From the NCBI GenBank assembly GCA_043816305.1, contig JBDRHZ010000022.1, forward strand, positions 1 to 62,746: 62,746 bases of DNA, written 5' to 3'. Below are positions 41,111 to 50,020 of this stretch, piece after piece (positions within the stretch are counted from its first letter, which is position 1; every line of letters starts with the position of its first letter). Under the pieces are notes generated by a model. It was not told where the DNA came from. It did not search any database and saw only the letters and a program-made list of their open reading frames with translations. The position numbers were made by a program, and so were the translations under genes. The DNA is from Patescibacteria group bacterium (lineage in GTDB: Bacteria > Patescibacteriota > Dojkabacteria > JAHIVN01).

Positions 41111-41184
41111 ACAGTAGTTTTGAAATTAAGGCTTGCTGTTTGGGAATTACCCTGTCTTTAGTTTACGGATTACAGTATTCTTTC

Positions 41185-41388
41185 CTATACTTCACTATCC
41201 AGCGCCCTCCTGTATGTTCCGACTTCTTTGTTGTAGATATAGATTCTTTGGCACTTGCAGATGACCTTGTCTTCTCTTTGGTTCAACGGAAACCTGTCTT
41301 TGACCCTTTTCAGGGAAATTGTACAGCCGGGACAAATGCCTTTTTGCAAGAGAATTTTCTGTAGAGGAGAAATTAGTTTTTTGAGCAT
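41185..41388 (-). CDS. Small Cys-containing protein (possible zinc ribbon)
   Basis: 67 aa with CPGC ... CKC pairs. Confidence 0.35.
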   Translation of the reverse strand: MLKKLISPLQKILLQKGICPGCTISLKRVKDRFPLNQREDKVICKCQRIYIYNKEVGTYRRALDSEV

Positions 41389-41890
41389 ATATTTACGAAA
41401 CTTTATATTGTAGACAGATTATAGCATATTTTTGAGTTTGGTAGCGATACAATGTAATTGCTTAAATGAAAATAAAATTAGGTGTGCTTACCCCCAAACC
41501 ACCTTTCCTTACTTTTTACACAAAAAGTAAGCAAAAGTGCTGGGGTGCTTCAGTTTGCTGGCGGATTACATCTAAGGAATAGCTTACAAACCCAAATGAA
41601 TCACCCCCAGACCCCGTAAGGAACAATCCTGATACAGAAAAATTACATTTGATCCAAAATTTCAATTTTTGTAATATTGTGCATTTAGGAATATACTTAA
41701 GTGAGGCCCTAAGGCTCACAAGCTCTCCGGCCCATAAGTCCAAAGAGTTTGTTAAATTTCCGAAAAATAACTATCATTGAGTACTAAGTCTAAATTTCTT
41801 AGTGTGCTGTTTATTTACATTTATTCGTTTAATATAATCAGGAACACTAAATTTGTCTTTTGATTTGAGTTTAGATATTAAACAGCAATA

Positions 41891-42997
41891 ATGGAAATCA
41901 ATGATGTAATCCAAATATTAATATTATCAGCGCTCATCAGTCTGCTAATTTCCTTCCCTATCATTTACTTTCTGTATAAGCTCAAGATTGTTCGGCTTAT
42001 CGATAAAGATTTCACTTCAATTATTGAAAGCAGAAGGCTGAAGGTAGGAACGCCTCTCATGGGAGGGCTGATCGTTGTTATTGCAGTTCTAGTTGTAAAC
42101 TTTTTCTTGAATTTAAATGGAACGACAAAAGTTCCTTTAGTTGTGTTCTGCATATCAGCCATGCTTGGGGCCTTTGACGATGTCTTGAATATTTATGGGC
42201 GCGAGCGTTCTGTCCGGAGTATAACTAGGACTATCCGATTGGCAAGAATCCATGCAAGTCCCATTATGAGAATTTTCTATGTGGTGACTTTACCCTGGGC
42301 AGCTTTCCGCTGGGTATTTTACTTATTAGGCTCGAATCCAGGAAAAGGAATACAGTCTCATGAGAAAATCATTGTGCAAATACTTGCTGGAGCGATTGTC
42401 GGCTGGTGGATTTACTTTGCAACAGGGTGGCACAGTCCAGGTGAGTTCTGGATTCCTGGGGCTGGTTCTATAAATTTAGGTGTTCTCATAATTCCATTTA
42501 TCATATTTGTAGTAGTTGCTACAGCGAACGCTGTAAATATAACCGATGGGATGGACGGGCTTTCTGCAGGACTATTGCTTTCATCTTTTGTCGGCTTTAT
42601 GATTGTTTCATTAATTCTCGGAAATGTTCCTATCGCGCTGTTATGTGCTTCCCTCATAGGCTCTTTAGCAATTTATCTGTACTTCAACATTCCTCCTGCG
42701 AGATTTCAAATGGGCGATGTAGGATCTCTGGCCTTAGGAGCTTTACTTGCCGTTATAGCTTTTGCCCTAGATCGGTTTCTACTTCTTCCTATATTTGGAT
42801 TTTTCTTCTTCGCTGAAATAGCATCAGTTGTTGTGCAGGGAATGGCTCGGAGATTCCTAGGTCGTAGGCTATTAAAAATGTCCCCTATTCACCATCACTT
42901 GGAAATAATCGGCTGGTCTGAACCCAAAATTGTCATGAGGTTTTGGATTCTTTCGGTTTTCCTTATTGTGATAGGAGTTTGGGTTAGTCAATATTGA
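41891..42997 (+). CDS. mraY: Phospho-N-acetylmuramoyl-pentapeptide transferase
   Basis: 368 aa polytopic protein with GTPLMGG, DDVLNI, NAVNITDGMDGL and PIHHHLE motifs. Confidence 0.92.
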   Translation: MEINDVIQILILSALISLLISFPIIYFLYKLKIVRLIDKDFTSIIESRRLKVGTPLMGGLIVVIAVLVVNFFLNLNGTTKVPLVVFCISAMLGAFDDVLNIYGRERSVRSITRTIRLARIHASPIMRIFYVVTLPWAAFRWVFYLLGSNPGKGIQSHEKIIVQILAGAIVGWWIYFATGWHSPGEFWIPGAGSINLGVLIIPFIIFVVVATANAVNITDGMDGLSAGLLLSSFVGFMIVSLILGNVPIALLCASLIGSLAIYLYFNIPPARFQMGDVGSLALGALLAVIAFALDRFLLLPIFGFFFFAEIASVVVQGMARRFLGRRLLKMSPIHHHLEIIGWSEPKIVMRFWILSVFLIVIGVWVSQY

Positions 42998-43075
42998 TAG
43001 GTAACCGATAGCGGATAACTGGATACCAGATACCAGATACCAGATACCAGATACATTCCTTCCTCATTGTCTCTT
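42996..43075. repeat. Heptamer tandem repeat (GATACCA)x4 within a 7-nt-phased tract
   Basis: Perfect GATACCA x4 at 43022-43049. It is flanked by gtaaccg atagcgg ataactg and gatacat tccttcc tcattgt. Confidence 0.9.
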
Positions 43076-43121
43076 CCATAAACTTGTTATAAAATGAATT
43101 CTAACTTAGTGAAAATCTCAC

Positions 43122-43868
43122 ATGGCTCAAAACTGGCAGAAAGATGCAAAAAATATGGAGGAAGTTCAGCTGGGAAGTCCTTCTCTCGAATGGACAACCG
43201 GACTGCAACATAGGCTTGAAATGATGCAAAAGTATATTGATTTCAAAGATAGAAGAGTCATGGACGTTGGATGCGGCGTGGGTATGTTCCTTGAGAAATT
43301 CCGAGCGCTGGGAAGTGATGTGTACGGGGTTGACGTGGATGAGAAAAAAACTCGAAACTCAAAACTCATAACTCAAAACGTAGAAGTCGCACCAGCAGAA
43401 GACTTACCGTTTCGAAAAGATTCGTTTGACATGGTGTTTTTTCATGAGGTGATAGAACATGTTGACGATGATAGAAAGTCTATAAATGAAGCATTTAGAG
43501 TGTTGAAACCTAGCGGGAAGTTAGTCCTATTTGCTCCGAACCGCCTGTGGCCGTTTGAAACACATGGAATTTATAAAAAAGGGAAGTACAAATTTGGCAA
43601 TATTCCTCTTGTCACATATTTACCTGACAGCAAGTATAAAAAGCTGATTCCGCATGTGAGAAATTATCGTAAAAAAGAACTGTATGATCTTTTGAAAGGA
43701 AATAGTTATAAAAAAATTGTCTACCGGGGAGTATTTCCTGGGTTTGACAAACTATCGTCAAGAATTCCAGTTTTTGGAAAATTAATCGCTAAAGTATTTC
43801 GAATTCTGGAAAAGACTCCATTGCATAAGTTTGGGATTTCACACTTTTTGGTGGTGGAGAAGCTTTGA
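43122..43868 (+). CDS. Class I SAM-dependent methyltransferase
   Basis: Motif I VMDVGCGVGMF, followed by the FDMVFFHEVIEHV and LKPSGKLVLFAPN motifs. Confidence 0.8.
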   Translation: MAQNWQKDAKNMEEVQLGSPSLEWTTGLQHRLEMMQKYIDFKDRRVMDVGCGVGMFLEKFRALGSDVYGVDVDEKKTRNSKLITQNVEVAPAEDLPFRKDSFDMVFFHEVIEHVDDDRKSINEAFRVLKPSGKLVLFAPNRLWPFETHGIYKKGKYKFGNIPLVTYLPDSKYKKLIPHVRNYRKKELYDLLKGNSYKKIVYRGVFPGFDKLSSRIPVFGKLIAKVFRILEKTPLHKFGISHFLVVEKL

Positions 43869-43985
43869 GAAGATCTAAACGATCAAAAAGATTGAATTGA
43901 TCGAGATGATTAACAGAATCCTGGTGATCTGAATGATCGAAGTGATCGATTTGATTTAAATGATTGAAGTAATCATGGATTGTAC
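43866..43985. repeat. 9-nt-phased degenerate tract rich in GATC
   Basis: GATC occurs at 43872, 43881, 43899, 43926, 43935 and 43944. All spacings are multiples of 9. Units resemble those at 41041-41110. Confidence 0.7.
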
Positions 43986-44023
43986 TACAGACTTATTGTC
44001 ATATTTCTGAACTTTTTCTTCAA

Positions 44024-44452
44024 ATGAGTGATCCGATTCACATAGTAAGTGTTATTATCATTCTAAAGTGCAGAGGGTGTTATTTGCTGGTGCAAAGAAG
44101 CAAGAACGATTCAATTTTCCCTGGTAAATGGCAAAACCTAGGCGGGAAAGTTGAAGTCGGGGAGCGAGTCGAGGAAGCCATTATTCGGGAAGTATATGAA
44201 GAATCAGGGATTAAGCTGGAAAAACGTGGAAAACCAATATTTGTTCAAAGCTATTCATGGGTTAAAGATGAGAAATCTACCAGACGGCTGGGGCTCATCT
44301 TCATGATAAAGTTAAAATACAAGCCAAAAAGAATAACTTTATCTAAAGAGCTTGAAAACTTTGGATGGTTTACTTATGAAGAAGCGAAGAAACTGGATAC
44401 TATTGGACAGAAGTCAGAAACGGGAACTGTGGGACAGCTAAGGCTGGCATAA
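44024..44452 (+). CDS. NUDIX hydrolase
   Basis: Nudix box GGKVEVGERVEEAIIREVYEESG. Confidence 0.85.
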   Translation: MSDPIHIVSVIIILKCRGCYLLVQRSKNDSIFPGKWQNLGGKVEVGERVEEAIIREVYEESGIKLEKRGKPIFVQSYSWVKDEKSTRRLGLIFMIKLKYKPKRITLSKELENFGWFTYEEAKKLDTIGQKSETGTVGQLRLA

Positions 44453-44490
44453 GGAGGCATATACTAGATCCTGACCAGGAACTTGAAAGT

Positions 44491-44958
44491 TTATCTTAAA
44501 GGGGTTTGTTGGTTAAGTTTTCTTCTTTCGGCCATTTGAGATATCCATCTGGCTGTGAAAACTGTTGTAGCTGCACCAAAAATTAGTAATCCTCCATAGA
44601 ATGCAGAAGGACCCCAAATCTTATAACAAAACTCATAAAGATGTCTGTCGGCAAGTTTATCCAGAAAAGGACTGTGCACATTCAGCACATTCATTCCTTG
44701 TACTGTCATACGTTCTGCAATGCTAGGAAAGTTTTTCAGAAAGTGTCCTAATATATTAAGACAGAACCCTGTTGTGATAAGTAATGCATTCTTAGCTTGC
44801 TGTTTCCAGTAAATTCTTTCTGATAGCATTAGTTCAGTGCCTAGTGTAGAGGTTGCAGCATCTCGAGCTGGTCGAGCAGAAACTAGCTGACCGGCTTCTG
44901 GACAGATTCCCCTGTTACTTACTCTAGGAGCTGAAACAACTAATTGTGCGCATTCCAT
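44491..44958 (-). CDS. Orphan protein with hydrophobic segments
   Basis: 155-aa ORF. The true start may be the internal MLSERIYW. No motif. Confidence 0.35.
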   Translation of the reverse strand: MECAQLVVSAPRVSNRGICPEAGQLVSARPARDAATSTLGTELMLSERIYWKQQAKNALLITTGFCLNILGHFLKNFPSIAERMTVQGMNVLNVHSPFLDKLADRHLYEFCYKIWGPSAFYGGLLIFGAATTVFTARWISQMAERRKLNQQTPLR

Positions 44959-45156
44959 TTCAAGCAGTTTAAAAAGTATATCATTAATTATATCACACTA
45001 TAGGATGCATCTACAATTCAATTTGGTTTATTATATCGTTCATAGCAAGTGCCTGTTTGTTATTGTCATTCAAAAGATAATTAAATAAAATAGAAAGGTC
45101 ACTTTTTTAAATATGTTGGTTGTTCTGCCCCTTATCTAATTTTATTTTTTTCAAAG

Positions 45157-45810
45157 ATGCGTATAGCTGTAATTGGCACTCAAAGATCGGGTAAGACAAC
45201 ATTAGTAGAACATTTCCAGAGCTGTGAAGGAATTCATATAGTTCGGGAAGCAGCTCTTGATCTCATATTAGAACTAGGAAGTAATATCGTTTTCGATCCG
45301 AATTTCCAGGATATGCTTTTCGCTGAGCAGACACGAAGAGAGATTGAAGCCGATCGGCTTTTGAGAGAAGGTGCATCATGTGCATGGCTGTGTGATCGCA
45401 CAATAATCGACAACCTAGTTTATATCAGATACTTGAGGAGTATATACACTGGTGAGCAAAGTCCCGAAGAAGTTTATCCTATTCGAGCCGAATGGCTTGA
45501 ATATATAAGAGGGAATCCTTTTGATCTTATCCTGCTATGCGATCCAGGAGATATAGAATTGACAGCTGGAATGAATGTTGCTTGGGAAGGTGATAGTCCA
45601 GGAGCTCGAGAGGGTTTGGAAAGTGAGAGGAGAATTCGAGCAGAGATTCACGGTCTTTATATAGAAGTTCTCCGAGAGTTAGGTCTAGAATATACCCTTT
45701 TATCTGGATCAGTTGAATCGCGAACTGCATATGTAGAAAGATTTATAAGGGCCAGCGAGATAGCAATTGCTAGAGAAGGTGTCAGTTCTCAAGTTGAAAT
45801 TGTGATGTGA
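45157..45810 (+). CDS. P-loop ATPase/kinase (AAA_28 / NadR-kinase-like)
   Basis: N-terminal Walker A MRIAVIGTQRSGKTTL and a later hydrophobic-D (LLCDPGD) Walker B-like strand. Confidence 0.55.
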   Translation: MRIAVIGTQRSGKTTLVEHFQSCEGIHIVREAALDLILELGSNIVFDPNFQDMLFAEQTRREIEADRLLREGASCAWLCDRTIIDNLVYIRYLRSIYTGEQSPEEVYPIRAEWLEYIRGNPFDLILLCDPGDIELTAGMNVAWEGDSPGAREGLESERRIRAEIHGLYIEVLRELGLEYTLLSGSVESRTAYVERFIRASEIAIAREGVSSQVEIVM

Positions 45811-46037
45811 TTTGTTCTTGATGTAGAAATGTTTGTATAATAACCATCAATATAGTGAGAATTAATAAGGTATAGTGAGATAATTAGGATCTAGTACTTT
45901 AGCCTCAATATCCACACCGTGAAATGAAAAACCAGTAATGGTGTTGTAGACACAGGAGAATTTATTGAGAGATGAATACTTTAAGTAAATTATCGTAGGT
46001 ACTCATTTATAATGTTTCTCATTTGAGTGATTCGACA

Positions 46038-46718
46038 TTATATATTTGATAATTTCTTAACAACTTTTCTTTGATATGGGAGGGAATACACTAATAATGT
46101 ACAGATAACTACTAGTCCAAATAAAATGAAACAAGTTAGCGAATTCCCTGTTGAAGGTAATCCGTATATTAATCCAGCATCGATATTGTAAATATCTTGT
46201 TTCGCCGGAAGCGAGATTTCTAGTCTTCCATTTTCATTAAAATCACTATCGACCAAGTTATCACTTGGTACATCTTTACTGGTTAATGAGTAACCTTCAG
46301 GAACTATTATTTCAACAGAATAATTTCCACTCAATAAATCGAAGAAAGTATGTTCTCCATTTTCATTTGTTTGAGTAGTTTGTATAACATTATCACTATT
46401 ATCAAACAACCTAACTTCAACTCCAGATAGGTTGACTTCTCCTTCATCTTTTTTACCATTCTTATTCTGATCAATCCATACTATTCCAGAAATAGATGAA
46501 GTAATTGTCTCATAATTTACATTCATACTCTCGAGAGTTGGTGACGTGCTTGGATTATCAGTATCAAGTTCAATTGCAATACAAAAACTATCATGTGTAG
46601 GATTGCCATACGAAGCAAATTTGAGCGGAGCGAAAATTTGCGAAGTATGGTGCCGAGTACTAGACGAAGTTAAAACTATGCTGAGTAATTTTAAGATACA
46701 TATTGTAAACTTTTTCAC
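46038..46718 (-). CDS. LPXTG-anchored surface protein with SdrD-B/Cna-B-like fold
   Basis: Signal peptide and repeat-type domain GIVWIDQNKNGKKDEGE..LSGVEVRLFD......TTQTNENGEHTF.DL.SGNYSVEI. The C-terminal sorting signal is LPSTG plus a hydrophobic helix plus a basic tail. Confidence 0.8.
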   Translation of the reverse strand: MKKFTICILKLLSIVLTSSSTRHHTSQIFAPLKFASYGNPTHDSFCIAIELDTDNPSTSPTLESMNVNYETITSSISGIVWIDQNKNGKKDEGEVNLSGVEVRLFDNSDNVIQTTQTNENGEHTFFDLLSGNYSVEIIVPEGYSLTSKDVPSDNLVDSDFNENGRLEISLPAKQDIYNIDAGLIYGLPSTGNSLTCFILFGLVVICTLLVYSLPYQRKVVKKLSNI

Positions 46719-46962
46719 ACCAAATCAAGGGCAGAGTAAATTTTGATAATCAGTATAAAAACTTATATAATCAAAACATAACTATGATGTGATTTAAGAT
46801 GGTAAGGAGAAAGCTGACGGATAGAGGGATTGCTACTTTGTAAAAAAGTAGCAGTGGTATTCTACCACAAATTATTATAACTGTCCTCAAAGTTATAACT
46901 TATTCAGGTGGGAGTGGTTCTTATCGTATTAGGATAAGAAAGAACAATCCAAGATTAATATT

Positions 46963-48111
46963 ATGAAGGGATTAAAAGATTTTTCTAGGGAGTTGTGTTT
47001 GATTAATAAATTAGTGCTAAAGATAAGAAAGAATACACCAATAAGTATTGGTTCGTGGAGGAAACCGGCTAATTTACTTATAAAACGTGATTGTTATAAA
47101 GGTAGAAATGTTAGTGTAATAGATTTAACTTTGACTCCGACTGGCTGTGAATGGGCAAAAACTGGTGGGTGTACGATGTGCGGTGAATGGAGTGGATCAA
47201 GATTAGGAAAAAAGGTTGATGCTAAGTATCATATTTCTCAGTTTGCAACTGGTGTGGCTAATATTATTCCTAAAACAGGATCACCATGGCTGCGAATATA
47301 CCAAGAGGGCAGTTTTATGAACAATGCCGAATTTGATAATCTTGCTCAAGCTACTATTCTGCGACTTGCTAGCCTTATTAAGGGCATAGAAAGAGTAACA
47401 ATTGAAGGAAGGGCACAGTATATAAAGGACAAAAAGATAAAAGAACTAAAAGAGGCAATTATACCTCCAGTTGAGTTGGAGGTTGGGATTGGTTTTGAAG
47501 CTCAGGATGAATTAATTAGGATGGTTTGTGTAAATAAAGGATTAGTTAAAAAGCATTTGTATAATGCGGTAAACAGTTTAAGAAAATACGGTGTTAGATC
47601 ACTTGCCTATGTACTACTGAAACCACCCTTTGTATCTGAAAAAGAAGCCATCGATGAGGCTGTTGCAACAATAAAGGAGGCCTTTAGGTTGGGCTTTGAT
47701 AGTGTTAGTCTGGAACCTCTAAGTGTTCATCCCTGGTCACTTGTTGAAGCATTATATCTCAAAGGTTTGTATAAACCTCCCTGGTTATGGTCAATTGTCG
47801 AAGTTATAAATCAAACGGATGGACTTGGGGAAATTCGGATCGGAGGTTGTGAGTATTACCCCCCTCCTGAGGTTGTATCAAGAAATTATCATAAGAATAG
47901 TAATTCCTGTTCAAAGAGAGTCTTAGAAAGTTTAAAAGAGTATAATATCTCTCAAGATATTAACGTTTTTAACAGTTTTACTTGTAAGTGTAGAGCTGAC
48001 TGGGAGAATGGGCTTGAAAGCAAACAAGACTCTTTAAAGACAAGAATAAATAGATACCTTGGAAATCTTTCTATTGATAAGTATATAAGATATAAGCTAG
48101 ATGGAAACTAG
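46963..48111 (+). CDS. Radical-SAM-like (Elp3/TIGR01210-like) protein with atypical Cys cluster
   Basis: Cys motif C-x7-C-x2-C (CEWAKTGGCTMC) precedes a TIM-barrel-like region. Family assignment is from memory of the GGCxMC signature. Confidence 0.5.
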   Translation: MKGLKDFSRELCLINKLVLKIRKNTPISIGSWRKPANLLIKRDCYKGRNVSVIDLTLTPTGCEWAKTGGCTMCGEWSGSRLGKKVDAKYHISQFATGVANIIPKTGSPWLRIYQEGSFMNNAEFDNLAQATILRLASLIKGIERVTIEGRAQYIKDKKIKELKEAIIPPVELEVGIGFEAQDELIRMVCVNKGLVKKHLYNAVNSLRKYGVRSLAYVLLKPPFVSEKEAIDEAVATIKEAFRLGFDSVSLEPLSVHPWSLVEALYLKGLYKPPWLWSIVEVINQTDGLGEIRIGGCEYYPPPEVVSRNYHKNSNSCSKRVLESLKEYNISQDINVFNSFTCKCRADWENGLESKQDSLKTRINRYLGNLSIDKYIRYKLDGN

Positions 48112-48167
48112 TATATACTTAGGGAAACAAGTTCTACTATTTATCTAAATTAGTATAATGATTAGTT

Positions 48168-48962
48168 ATGAACCTATATAGTACCGAATTTGTTATCCTA
48201 GCTGGCGGGTGTGGTACGAGACTGAAGGTAGATCTGCCTAAGCCAGTGGTAAAGTTGGGTGGAAAGCCTATGCTTCTTCATATTCTCGAAATGATTCATA
48301 TGCTAAACCCTTCAGAGGAAATCATCATCTCCTCTTCACTGAGAAATATGAGAGCAATAAAGAGGATGGTAAATATCCCTGTAAAAGCGGTTTTTTGCAG
48401 ACAGATGAAACCATCTGGAACAGCTGATGCAGTTAGAAATGTTCTAAGGAAGATTGAGATAGAAGAAAAAAATGTACTTGTGATTTTAGCAGATCGTCCA
48501 TTAACCAAAGCAGGGACCATTGAAAAACTGATTAAAAAACATATTCAGACTAATAGTATGATAACTATGCTGACTTCGAAAGTACCAAACTATGACGGGT
48601 TCTATAGACAAGTGTATTACGATGGAAGGATTATTAGGGATTCAAAAGGAAATATAGTAGGCAATTTAGAAACAAACGAACTAAGTGATAGAGAAATGAA
48701 TGAGAACATGGAAGTGTATCCTTCGACATATATATATAATAAAGATTGGTTGAAAGAGAATATCGAAAAAATAAAGAAGAATCCAGAGAAAGGAGAGTAT
48801 TATCTAACCCAAATGGTAAATATTGCTCGTAGTCAAGGGGAAAAAGTGAATTCACTAACCATTGATGCAAGTGAGACCCTTGGAGTGAATACGCAGGAAC
48901 AGCTTACTGCAGCTGAAGAAGTCTTAAGGGCTAGAGCTAGATCTGGTGAGGAGCAATTGTAA
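48168..48962 (+). CDS. Sugar-phosphate nucleotidyltransferase (GlmU N-terminal-like)
   Basis: ILAGGCGTRLKVDLPKPVVKLGGKPML signature. About 260 aa with no acetyltransferase LbH domain. Confidence 0.75.
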   Translation: MNLYSTEFVILAGGCGTRLKVDLPKPVVKLGGKPMLLHILEMIHMLNPSEEIIISSSLRNMRAIKRMVNIPVKAVFCRQMKPSGTADAVRNVLRKIEIEEKNVLVILADRPLTKAGTIEKLIKKHIQTNSMITMLTSKVPNYDGFYRQVYYDGRIIRDSKGNIVGNLETNELSDREMNENMEVYPSTYIYNKDWLKENIEKIKKNPEKGEYYLTQMVNIARSQGEKVNSLTIDASETLGVNTQEQLTAAEEVLRARARSGEEQL

Positions 48963-49015
48963 GTATTTTGTATATAGGTACTTTGCTTTTTATAATTTAG
49001 TTATTGTGTTTAGAA

Positions 49016-49987
49016 ATGGGTTATAAGAATTCAATTTTGTTTCTCAATCAGCATAAAAATATAAATGTAAGTATGGCAGGTGGAAAGGGAGCGTCACTCA
49101 GTCAAATGACTCGTGTGGAGATCCCTGTTCCATCAGGGTTTGTTGTTTTAACTGAAGCCTTTAATAAATTTCTTATAGAAGAGAACTTAAGAGAGGAAAT
49201 TAAAAAGCAGCTTTCAATGGTTGATCCGGAATGTATAGAGAGTGTTACGAAGGCAAGTTCAACACTCCGGAATATTATTCACAACAAGCAAGTGTCAAAG
49301 AAATTAAGAGACGAAATTTATGGAGCATATGATAAGTTAGATGCAAAATTTGTCGCGGTAAGATCGAGTGCTACAACAGAAGATAGTAGTACAGCAAGCT
49401 GGGCGGGAGAGTTAGAAACTTTCTTAAATGTAGCAAGGAGTAATGTTATCGATAAGCTTAAGGAGTGTTGGTCATCACTTTTTACGCCACGTGCAATTTT
49501 GTATCGATTTGAAAAGGGTTTGACAAATGATTATGTTGGAGTAGCTGTAGTAGTTCAGGAAATGGTTCAAGCGGAAATCTCAGGTGTTGCTTTTACCACA
49601 CATCCAGTAACAGGGGATAGTGATAAAATACTCATAGAAGCAGGATACGGGCTTGGGGAAGCTATTGTTGGTGGAGCAATTATTCCAGATAACTATATTA
49701 TATCAAAATCAAATTTGGCGATTAAAAATGTATATGTTGGCGAGCAAACGAAAAAATTGGTTAGAGATAAAAGGAAGCAGGATAAATATGGGGGTAATAG
49801 ATGGATCAACCTAGGTGCAAAAGGACTGGAGCAAAAACTATCTAACAGACAAATTATTGAGGCTGCTAAACTGTTCAATAAGATTGAAAATCTTTATAAT
49901 TATCCATGCGATATAGAGTGGGCGATGGAGAATGAAAAACTTTACGTTACACAGAGCAGACCAATTACGACTTTAAAGGCCAGATGA
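49016..49987 (+). CDS. PEP/pyruvate-binding (PPDK_N) ATP-grasp domain protein, stand-alone
   Basis: GGKGASLSQM, VPSGFVV, VAVRSSATTEDSSTASWAGE, VAVVVQEMV and EWA.E...LYVTQSRPIT. It ends right after the nucleotide-binding domain. The ORF track starts at TTG 49004. Confidence 0.85.
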   Translation: MGYKNSILFLNQHKNINVSMAGGKGASLSQMTRVEIPVPSGFVVLTEAFNKFLIEENLREEIKKQLSMVDPECIESVTKASSTLRNIIHNKQVSKKLRDEIYGAYDKLDAKFVAVRSSATTEDSSTASWAGELETFLNVARSNVIDKLKECWSSLFTPRAILYRFEKGLTNDYVGVAVVVQEMVQAEISGVAFTTHPVTGDSDKILIEAGYGLGEAIVGGAIIPDNYIISKSNLAIKNVYVGEQTKKLVRDKRKQDKYGGNRWINLGAKGLEQKLSNRQIIEAAKLFNKIENLYNYPCDIEWAMENEKLYVTQSRPITTLKAR

Positions 49988-50020
49988 GGTATATTTCTAT
50001 AATATTTAACTGAAAGTGAT

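Noticed and set aside
41516-41743. 75-aa minus-strand ORF upstream of mraY
   Set aside because: It has implausible composition and spans hairpins and G/C blocks. The region is treated as non-coding or possible RNA instead.
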